A stretch of DNA of 64,000 bases from the human T2T-CHM13v2.0 reference genome, Homo sapiens: assembly GCF_009914755.1 (NCBI RefSeq), contig NC_060946.1. One strand, written 5' to 3'. The notes beneath the pieces are model-generated. The model was not told the origin of the DNA, did no database searches, and saw nothing but the letters and a program-made list of their open reading frames with translations. This document shows positions 1-13,090 of the stretch, in pieces. Positions within the stretch are counted from its first letter, which is position 1; each line of letters opens with the position of its first letter. The position numbers were made by a program, and so were the translations under genes.

Positions 1-343
1 ATCAAATATATATTTTATTCTGTACATAAAATATCAAAGTACACCAGATATGTATTCTATAGTGTACATAAAATATAAAAGTACCCAAACTATACATTAT
101 ATACTGTACATAAAATATGAAATTATATCAAATATATATTATATTAGGTACATAATATATGAAAGTACATCAAATATAGATTATATACTGTACATAAAAT
201 ATCAAAGTACCCCAAATATATATTATATACTCTACATGAAATATCAAAGTTCACAAACTATATATTATATACTGTACATAAAATATCAAAGTACCCAAGG
301 TATATATTCTATACTGTACAAAAAATATCAAAATACCCAAAGC

Positions 344-721
344 ATGTATTATATACTGTACATAAAATATGAAAGTACATCAAATATATATTTTATTCTG
401 TACATAAAATATCAAAGTACACCAGATATATATTCTATAGTGTACATAAAATATCAAAGTACCGAAACTATACATTATATACTGTACATAAAATATGAAA
501 TTACATCAAATATATTTTATATTAGGTACATAAAATATGAAAGTACATCAAATATAGATTATATACTGTACATTAAATACCAAAGTACCCCAAATATATA
601 TTTTATGCTGTACATGAAATATCAGAGTTCACAAACTATATATTATATACTGTACATATAATATCAAAGAACCCAAGGTATATATTCTATACTGTACAAA
701 AAATAACAAAGTACCAAAAGC
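344..721 (+). repeat. Example 378-bp 9-mer higher-order repeat unit (about 91 copies in the window)
   Basis: The unique GCATGTA monomer recurs at 344, 722, 1100 and 4246, 4624, 5002, 5380, each 378 bp apart. Nine distinguishable monomers carry tags such as TTTTATTC, CACCAGAT, ACTATACAT, ATTAGG, TATAGATT, CCCCAAAT, GTTCACAA, CCAAGGT and AAGCATG. Confidence 0.95.
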
Positions 722-1474
722 ATGTATTATATACTGTACCTAAAATATGAAAATACATCAAATATATATTTTATTCTGTACATAAAATATCAAAGTACAC
801 CAGATATATATTCTATAGTGTACATAAAATATCAAAGTACCCAAGCTATACATTACATACTGTACATAAAATATGAAATTACATCAAATATATATTATAT
901 TAGGTACATAAAATATGAAAGTACATGAAATATAGATTATATACTGTACATAAAATATCAAGGTACCACAAATATATATTATATACTCTACATGAAATAT
1001 CAAAGTTCACAAACTATATATTATATACTGTACATATAATATCAAAGTACCCAAGGTATATATTCTATACTGTACAAAAAATAACAAAGTACCAAAAGCA
1101 TGTATTATATACTGTACCTAAAATATGAAAGTACATCAAATATGTATTTTATTCTGTACATAAAATATCAAAGTACACCAGATATATATTCTATAGTGTA
1201 CATAAAATATGAAAGTACCCAAACTATACATTATATCCTGTACATAAAATATGAAATTACATCAAATATATATTATATTAGGTACATAAAATATGAAAGT
1301 ACATGAAATATAGATTATATACTGTACATAAAATATCAAGGTACGCCAAATATATATTATATACTCTACATGAAATATCAAAGTTCTCAAACTATATATT
1401 ATATACTGTACATAAAATATCAAAGTACCCAAGGTATATATTCTATACTGTACAAAAAATAAAGTACCAAAAGC

Positions 1475-2020
1475 ATGTATAATATACTGTACATAAAATA
1501 TGAAAGTACATCAAATATATATTTTATTCTGTACATAAAATATCAAAGTACACCAGATATATATTCTATAGTGTACATAAAATATCAAAGTACCCAAACT
1601 ATACATTATATACTGTAAATAAAATATGAAATTACATCAAATATATTTTATATTAGGTACATAAAATATGAAAGTACATCAAATATATATTTTATTCTGT
1701 ACATAAAATATCAAACTACACCAGATATATATTCTATAGTGTACATAAAATATGAAAGTACCCAAACTATACATTATATCCTGTACATAAAATATGAAAT
1801 TACATCAAATATATATTATATTAGGTACATAAAATATGAAAGTACATGAAATATAGATTATATACTGTACATAATATATCAAGGTACGCCAAATATATAT
1901 TATATACTCTACATGAAATATCAAAGTTCTCAAACTATATATTATATACTGTACATAAAATATCAAAGTACCCAAGGTATATATTCTATACTGTACAAAA
2001 AATAACAAAGTACCAAAAGC
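1475..2020 (+). repeat. Example 546-bp 13-mer variant unit (9-mer plus an internal 168-bp tetramer duplication; about 53 copies)
   Basis: Marker spacing of 546 bp (1475->2021->2567; 2945->3491; 5380->5926->6472). The tetramer starting at GTAC 1489 repeats at 1657 before the TATAGATT monomer at 1825. Confidence 0.93.
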
Positions 2021-5000
2021 ATGTATAATATACTGTACATAAAATATGAAAGTACATCAAATATATATTTTATTCTGTACATAAAATATCAAAGTACACC
2101 AGATATATATTCTATAGTGTACATAAAATATCAAAGTACCCAAACTATACATTATATACTGTAAATAAAATATGAAATTACATCAAATATATTTTATATT
2201 AGGTACATGAAATATGAAAGTACATCAAATATATATTTTATTCTGTACATAAAATATCAAACTACACCAGATATATATTCTATAGTGTACATAAAATATC
2301 AAAGTACCCAAACTATACATTATATACTGTACATAAAATATGAAATTACATCAAATATATTTTATATTAGGTACATAAAATATGAAAGTACATCAAATAT
2401 AGATTATATACTGTACATTAAATACCAAAGTACCCCAAATATATATTTTATACTGTACATGAAATATCAAAGTTCACAAACTATATATTATATACTGTAC
2501 ATATAATATCAAAGTACCCAAGGTATATATTCTATACTGTACAAAAAATAACAAAGTACCAAAAGCATGTATTATATACTGTACCTAAAATATGAAAGTA
2601 CATCAAATATATATTTTATTCTGTACATAAAATATCAAAGTACACCAGATATATATTCTATAGTGTACATAAAATATCAAAGTACCCAAACTATACATTA
2701 TATACTGTACATAAAATATGAAATTACATCAAATATATATTATATTAGGTACATAAAATATGAAAGTACATGAAATATAGATTATATACTGTACATAAAA
2801 TAGCAAGGTACCCCAAATATATATTATATACTCTACATGAAATATCAAAGTTCACAAACTATATATTATATACTGTACATAAAATATCAAAGTACCCAAG
2901 GTATATATTCTATACTGTACAAAAAATAACAAAGTAGCAAAAGCATGTATAATATACTGTACATAAAATATGAAAGTACAACAAATATATATTTTATTCT
3001 GTACATAAAATATCAAAGTACACCCGATATATATTCTATAGTGTACATAAAATATCAAAGTACCCAAACTATACATTATATACTGTAAATAAAATATGAA
3101 ATTACATCAAATATATTTTATATTAGGTACATAAAATATGAAAGTACATCAAATATATATTTTATTCTGTACATAAAATATCAAAGTACACCAGATATAT
3201 ATTGTATACTGTACATAAAATATCAAAGTACCCAAACTATACGTTATATACTGTACATAAAATATGAAATTACATCAAATATATTTTATATTGGGTACAT
3301 AAAATATGAAAGTACATCAAATACAGATTATATACTGTACATTAAATACCAAAGTACCCCAAATATATATTTTATACTGTACATGAAATATCAAATTTCA
3401 CAAACTATATATTATATACTGTACATATAATATCAAAGTACCCAAGGTATATATTCTATACTGTACAAAAAATAACAAAGTACCAAAAGCATGTATTATA
3501 TACTGTACCTAAAATATGAAAGTACATCAGATATATATTTTATTCTGTACATAAAATATCAAAGTACACCAGATATATATTCTATAGTGTACATAAAATA
3601 TCAAAGTACCCAAACTATACATTACATACTGTACATAAAATATGAAATTACATCAAATATATATTATATTAGGTACATAAAATATGAAAGTACATGAAAT
3701 ATAGATTATATACTGTACATAAAATATCAAAGTACCCCAAATATAAATTATATACTCTACATGAAATATCAAAGTTCACAAACTATATATTATATACTGT
3801 ACAAAAATATCAAAGTACCCAAGGTATATATTCTATACTGTACAAAAAATATCAAAATACCCAAAGCATGTATTATATACTGTACATAAAATATGAAAGT
3901 ACATCAAATATATATTTTATCCTCTACATAAAATATCAAAGTACACCAGATATATATTCTATAGTGTACATAAAATATCAAAGTACCCAAACTATACATT
4001 ATATACTGTACATAAAATATGAAATTACATCAAATATATTTTATATTAGGTACATAAAATATGAAAGTACATGAAATATAGATTATATACTGTACATTAA
4101 ATACCAAAGTACCCCAAATATATATTTTATACTGTACATGAAATATCAGAGTTCACAAACTATATATTATATACTGTACATATAATATCAAAGTACGCAA
4201 GGTATATATTCTATACTGTACAAAAAATAACAAAGTACCAAAAGCATGTATTATATACTGTACCTAAAATATGAAAATACATCAAATATATATTTTATTC
4301 TGTACATAAAATATCAAAGTACACCAGATATATATTCTATAGTGTACATAAAATATCAAAGTACCCAAACTATACATTATATACTGTAAATAAAATATGA
4401 AATTACATCAAATATATTTTATATTAGGTACATAAAATATGAAAGTACATCAAATATAGATTATATACTGTACATTAAATACCAAAGTACCCCAAATATA
4501 TATTTTATACTGTACATGAAATATCAAAATACACAAACTATATATTATATACCGTACATAAAATATCAAAGTACCCAAGGTATATATTCTATACTGTACA
4601 AAAAATAACAAAGTACCAAAAGCATGTATAATATACTGTACCTAAAATATGAAAGTACATCAAATATATATTTTATTCTGTACATAAAATATCAAAGTAC
4701 ACCAGATATATATTCTATAGTGTACATAAAATATCAAAGTACCCAAACTATACATTATATACTGTACATAAAATATGAAATTACATCAAATATATTTTAT
4801 ATTAGGTACATAAAATATGAAAGTACATCAAATATAGATTATATACTGTACATTAAATACCAAAGTACCCCAAATATATATTTTATACTGTACATGAAAT
4901 ATCAAAATACACTAACTATATATTTTATACTGTACATAAAATATCAAAGTACCCAAGGTATATATTCTATACTGTACAAAAAATAACAAAGTACCAAAAG

Positions 5001-8000
5001 CATGTATAATATACTGTACATAAAATATGAAAGTACATCAAATATATATTTTATTCTGTACATAAAATATCAAAGTACACCAGATATATATTCTATAGTG
5101 TACATAAAATATCAAAGTACCCAAACTATACATTATATACTGTAAATAAAATATGAAATTACATCAAATATATTTTATATTAGGTACATAAAATATGAAA
5201 GTACATCAAATATAGATTATATACTGTACATTAAATACCAAATTACCCCAAATATATATTTTATACTGTACATGAAATATCAAATTTCACAAACTATATA
5301 TTATATGCTGTACATATAATATCAAAGTACCCAAGGTATATATTCTATACTGTACAAAAAATAACAAAGTACCAAAAGCATGTATTATATACTGTACCTA
5401 AAATATGAAAGTACATCAAATATATATTTTATTCTGTACATAAAATATCAAAGTACACCAGATATATATTCTATAGTGTACATAAAATATCAAAGTACCC
5501 AAACTATACATTATATACTGTAAATAAAATATGAAATTACATCAAATATATTTTATATTAGGTACATAAAATATGAAAGTACATCAAATATATATTTTAT
5601 TCTGTACATAAAATATCAAAGTACACCAGATATATATTCTATGGTGTACATAAAATATCAAAGTACCCAAACTATAAATTATATACTGTACATAAAATAT
5701 GAAATTACATCAAATATATTTTATATTAGGTACATAAAATATGAAAGTACATCAAATATAGATTATATACTGTACATTAAATACCAAAGTACCCCAAATA
5801 TATATTTTATACTGTACATGAAATATCAAAATACACAAACTATATATTATATACTGTACATAAAATATCAAAGTACCCAAGGTATATATTCTATACTGTA
5901 CAAAAAATAACAAAGTACCAAAAGCATGTATAATATACTGTACATAAAATATGAAAGTACATCAAATATATATTTTATTCTGTACATAAAATATCAAAGT
6001 ACACCAGATATATATTCTATAGTGTACATAAAATATCAAAGTACCCAAACTATACATTATATACTGTAAATAAAATATGAAATTACATCAAATATATTTT
6101 ATATTAGGTACATAAAATATGAAAGTACATCAAATATATATTTTATTCTGTACATAAAATATCAAAGTACACCAGATATGTATTCTATAGTGTACATAAA
6201 ATATCAAGTTACCCAAACTATACATTATATACTGTAAATAAAATATGAAATTACATCAAATATATTTTATATTAGGTACATAAAATATGAAAGTACATCA
6301 AATATAGATTATATACTGTACATTAAATACGAAGGTACCCCAAATATATATTTTATACTGTACATGAAATATCAAAGTTCACAAACTATATATTATATAC
6401 TGTACATAAATTATCAAAGTACCCAAGGTATATATTCTATACTGTACAAAAAATATCAAAGTACCCAAAGCATGTATTATATACAGTACATAAAATATGA
6501 AAGTACATCAAATATATATTTTATTCTGTACAAAAAACATCAAAGTACACCAGATATATATTCTATAGTGTACATAAAATATCAAAGTACCCAAACTATA
6601 CATTATATAGTGTACATAAAATATGAAATTATATCAAATATATATTATATTAGGTACATAATATATGAAAGTACATCAAATATAGATTATATACTGTACA
6701 TAAAATATCAAAGTACCCCAAATATATATTATATACTCTACATGAAATATCAAAGTTCACAAACTATATATTATATACTGTACATAAAATATCAAAGTAC
6801 CCAAGGTATATATTCTATACTGTACAAAAAATATCAAGGTACACAAAGCATGTATTATATACTGTACATAAAATATGAAAGTACATCAAATATATATTTT
6901 ATTCTGTACATAAAACATCAAAGTACACCAGATATATATTCTATAGTGTACATAAAATATAAAAGTACCCAAACTATACATTATATACTGTACATAAAAT
7001 ATGAAATTATATCAAATATATATTATATTAGGTACATAATATATGAAAGTACATCAAATATAGATTATATACTGTACATAAAATATCAAAGTACCCCAAA
7101 TATATATTATATACTCTACATGAAATCTCAAAGTTCACAAACTATATATTATATACTGTACATAAAATATCAAAGTACCCAAGGTATATATTCTATAGTG
7201 TACAAAAAATATCAAAATACCCAAAGCATGTATTATGTACTGTACATAAAATATGAAAGTACATCAAATATGTATTTTATTCTCTACATAAAATATCAAA
7301 GTACACCAGATATATATTCTATAGTGTACATAAAATATCAAAGTACCCAAACTATACATTATATACTGTAAATAAAATATGAAATTACATCAAATATATT
7401 TTATATTAGGTACATAAAATATGAAAGTACATCAAATATATATTTTATTCTGTACATAAAATATCAAACTACACCAGATATATATTCTATAGTGTACATA
7501 AAATATGAAAGTACCCAAACTATACATTATATCCTGTACATAAAATATGAAATTACATCAAATATATATTATATTAGGTACATAAAATATGAAAGTACAT
7601 GAAATATAGATTATATACTGTACATAATATATCAAGGTACGCCAAATATATATTATATACTCTACATGAAATATCAAAGTTCTCAAACTATATATTATAT
7701 ACTGTACATAAAATATCAAAGTACCCAAGGTATATATTCTATACTGTACAAAAAATAACAAAGTACCAAAAGCATGTATAATATACTGTACATAAAATAT
7801 GAAAGTACATCAAATATATATTTTATTCTGTACATAAAATATCAAAGTACACCAGATATATATTCTATAGTGTACATAAAATATCAAAGTACCCAAACTA
7901 TACATTATATACTGTAAATAAAATATGAAATTACATCAAATATATTTTATATTAGGTACATAAAATATGAAAGTACATCAAATATATATTTTATTCTGTA

Positions 8001-11000
8001 CATAAAATATCAAACTACACCAGATATATATTCTATAGTGTACATAAAATATCAAAGTACCCAAACTATACATTATATACTGTACATAAAATATGAAATT
8101 ACATCAAATATATTTTATATTAGGTACATAAAATATGAAAGTACATCAAATATAGATTATATACTGTACATTAAATACCAAAGTACCCCAAATATATATT
8201 TTATACTGTACATGAAATATCAAAGTTCACAAACTATATATTATATACTGTACATATAATATCAAAGTACCCAAGGTATATATTCTATACTGTACAAAAA
8301 ATAACAAAGTACCAAAAGCATGTATTATATACTGTACCTAAAATATGAAAGTACATCAAATATATATTTTATTCTGTACATAAAATATCAAAGTACACCA
8401 GATATATATTCTATAGTGTACATAAAATATCAAAGTACCCAAACTATACATTATATACTGTACATAAAATATGAAATTACATCAAATATATATTATATTA
8501 GGTACATAAAATATGAAAGTACATGAAATATAGATTATATACTGTACATAAAATAGCAAGGTACCCCAAATATATATTATATACTCTACATGAAATATCA
8601 AAGTTCACAAACTATATATTATATACTGTACATAAAATATCAAAGTACCCAAGGTATATATTCTATACTGTACAAAAAATAACAAAGTAGCAAAAGCATG
8701 TATAATATACTGTACATAAAATATGAAAGTACAACAAATATATATTTTATTCTGTACATAAAATATCAAAGTACACCCGATATATATTCTATAGTGTACA
8801 TAAAATATCAAAGTACCCAAACTATACATTATATACTGTAAATAAAATATGAAATTACATCAAATATATTTTATATTAGGTACATAAAATATGAAAGTAC
8901 ATCAAATATATATTTTATTCTGTACATAAAATATCAAAGTACACCAGATATATATTGTATACTGTACATAAAATATCAAAGTACCCAAACTATACGTTAT
9001 ATACTGTACATAAAATATGAAATTACATCAAATATATTTTATATTGGGTACATAAAATATGAAAGTACATCAAATACAGATTATATACTGTACATTAAAT
9101 ACCAAAGTACCCCAAATATATATTTTATACTGTACATGAAATATCAAATTTCACAAACTATATATTATATACTGTACATATAATATCAAAGTACCCAAGG
9201 TATATATTCTATACTGTACAAAAAATAACAAAGTACCAAAAGCATGTATTATATACTGTACCTAAAATATGAAAGTACATCAGATATATATTTTATTCTG
9301 TACATAAAATATCAAAGTACACCAGATATATATTCTATAGTGTACATAAAATATCAAAGTACCCAAACTATACATTACATACTGTACATAAAATATGAAA
9401 TTACATCAAATATATATTATATTAGGTACATAAAATATGAAAGTACATGAAATATAGATTATATACTGTACATAAAATATCAAAGTACCCCAAATATAAA
9501 TTATATACTCTACATGAAATATCAAAGTTCACAAACTATATATTATATACTGTACAAAAATATCAAAGTACCCAAGGTATATATTCTATACTGTACAAAA
9601 AATATCAAAATACCCAAAGCATGTATTATATACTGTACATAAAATATGAAAGTACATCAAATATATATTTTATCCTCTACATAAAATATCAAAGTACACC
9701 AGATATATATTCTATAGTGTACATAAAATATCAAAGTACCCAAACTATACATTATATACTGTACATAAAATATGAAATTACATCAAATATATTTTATATT
9801 AGGTACATAAAATATGAAAGTACATGAAATATAGATTATATACTGTACATTAAATACCAAAGTACCCCAAATATATATTTTATACTGTACATGAAATATC
9901 AGAGTTCACAAACTATATATTATATACTGTACATATAATATCAAAGTACGCAAGGTATATATTCTATACTGTACAAAAAATAACAAAGTACCAAAAGCAT
10001 GTATTATATACTGTACCTAAAATATGAAAATACATCAAATATATATTTTATTCTGTACATAAAATATCAAAGTACACCAGATATATATTCTATAGTGTAC
10101 ATAAAATATCAAAGTACCCAAACTATACATTATATACTGTAAATAAAATATGAAATTACATCAAATATATTTTATATTAGGTACATAAAATATGAAAGTA
10201 CATCAAATATAGATTATATACTGTACATTAAATACCAAAGTACACCAAATATATATTTTATACTGTACATGAAATATCAAAATACACAAACTATATATTA
10301 TATACTGTACATAAAATATCAAAGTACCCAAGGTATATATTCTATACTGTACAAAAAATAACAAAGTACCAAAAGCATGTATAATATACTGTACCTAACA
10401 TATGAAAGTACATCAAATATATATTTTATTCTGTACATAAAATATCAAAGTACACCAGATATATATTCTATAGTGTACATAAAATATCAAAGTACCCAAA
10501 CTATACATTATATACTGTACATAAAATATGAAATTACATCAAATATATTTTATATTAGGTACATAAAATATGAAAGTACATCAAATATAGATTATATACT
10601 GTACATTAAATACCAAAGTACCCCAAATATATATTTTATACTGTACATGAAATATCAAAATACACTAACTATATATTTTATACTGTACATAAAATATCAA
10701 AGTACCCAAGGTATATATTCTATACTGTACAAAAAATAACAAAGTACCAAAAGCATGTATAATATACTGTACATAAAATATGAAAGTACATCAAATATAT
10801 ATTTTATTCTGTACATAAAATATCAAAGTACACCAGATATATATTCTATAGTGTACATAAAATATCAAAGTACCCAAACTATACATTATATACTGTAAAT
10901 AAAATATGAAATTACATCAAATATATTTTATATTAGGTACATAAAATATGAAAGTACATCAAATATAGATTATATACTGTACATTAAATACCAAATTACC

Positions 11001-13090
11001 CCAAATATATATTTTATACTGTACATGAAATATCAAATTTCACAAACTATATATTATATGCTGTACATATAATATCAAAGTACCCAAGGTATATATTCTA
11101 TACTGTACAAAAAATAACAAAGTACCAAAAGCATGTATTATATACTGTACCTAAAATATGAAAGTACATCAAATATATATTTTATTCTGTACATAAAATA
11201 TCAAAGTACACCAGATATATATTCTATAGTGTACATAAAATATCAAAGTACCCAAACTATACATTATATACTGTAAATAAAATATGAAATTACATCAAAT
11301 ATATTTTATATTAGGTACATAAAATATGAAAGTACATCAAATATATATTTTATTCTGTACATAAAATATCAAAGTACACCAGATATATATTCTATGGTGT
11401 ACATAAAATATCAAAGTACCCAAACTATAAATTATATACTGTACATAAAATATGAAATTACATCAAATATATTTTATATTAGGTACATAAAATATGAAAG
11501 TACATCAAATATAGATTATATACTGTACATTAAATACCAAAGTACCCCAAATATATATTTTATACTGTACATGAAATATCAAAATACACAAACTATATAT
11601 TATATACTGTACATAAAATATCAAAGTACCCAAGGTATATATTCTATACTGTACAAAAAATAACAAAGTACCAAAAGCATGTATAATATACTGTACATAA
11701 AATATGAAAGTACATCAAATATATATTTTATTCTGTACATAAAATATCAAAGTACACCAGATATATATTCTATAGTGTACATAAAATATCAAAGTACCCA
11801 AACTATACATTATATACTGTAAATAAAATATGAAATTACATCAAATATATTTTATATTAGGTACATAAAATATGAAAGTACATCAAATATATATTTTATT
11901 CTGTACATAAAATATCAAAGTACACCAGATATGTATTCTATAGTGTACATAAAATATCAAGTTACCCAAACTATACATTATATACTGTAAATAAAATATG
12001 AAATTACATCAAATATATTTTATATTAGGTACATAAAATATGAAAGTACATCAAATATAGATTATATACTGTACATTAAATACGAAGGTACCCCAAATAT
12101 ATATTTTATACTGTACATGAAATATCAAAGTTCACAAACTATATATTATATACTGTACATAAATTATCAAAGTACCCAAGGTATATATTCTATACTGTAC
12201 AAAAAATATCAAAGTACCCAAAGCATGTATTATATACAGTACATAAAATATGAAAGTACATCAAATATATATTTTATTCTGTACAAAAAACATCAAAGTA
12301 CACCAGATATATATTCTATAGTGTACATAAAATATCAAAGTACCCAAACTATACATTATATAGTGTACATAAAATATGAAATTATATCAAATATATATTA
12401 TATTAGGTACATAATATATGAAAGTACATCAAATATAGATTATATACTGTACATAAAATATCAAAGTACCCCAAATATATATTATATACTCTACATGAAA
12501 TATCAAAGTTCACAAACTATATATTATATACTGTACATAAAATATCAAAGTACCCAAGGTATATATTCTATACTGTACAAAAAATATCAAGGTACACAAA
12601 GCATGTATTATATACTGTACATAAAATATGAAAGTACATCAAATATATATTTTATTCTGTACATAAAACATCAAAGTACACCAGATATATATTCTATAGT
12701 GTACATAAAATATAAAAGTACCCAAACTATACATTATATACTGTACATAAAATATGAAATTATATCAAATATATATTATATTAGGTACATAATATATGAA
12801 AGTACATCAAATATAGATTATATACTGTACATAAAATATCAAAGTACCCCAAATATATATTATATACTCTACATGAAATCTCAAAGTTCACAAACTATAT
12901 ATTATATACTGTACATAAAATATCAAAGTACCCAAGGTATATATTCTATAGTGTACAAAAAATATCAAAATACCCAAAGCATGTATTATGTACTGTACAT
13001 AAAATATGAAAGTACATCAAATATGTATTTTATTCTCTACATAAAATATCAAAGTACACCAGATATATATTCTATAGTGTACATAAAATA
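1580..13090 (+). repeat. Recent 5,753-bp tandem duplication (copy 1 about 1.6-7.3 kb, copy 2 about 7.3-13.1 kb)
   Basis: Constant 5753-bp offset between matching ORFs (1805/7558, 2567/8320, 3694/9447, 5641/11394, 6364/12117) and rare variants (AATAGCAAGG, TACGAAGG, AAAAAACATC). The junction lies at about 7295-7370. Confidence 0.92.

Noticed and set aside
299-320. Short palindromes and hairpins (TGTACA, GTATA...TATAC) and TATA-like motifs
   Set aside because: Stems are only 3-6 bp and expected in roughly 79% AT DNA, with no support for terminators, cruciforms or promoters.
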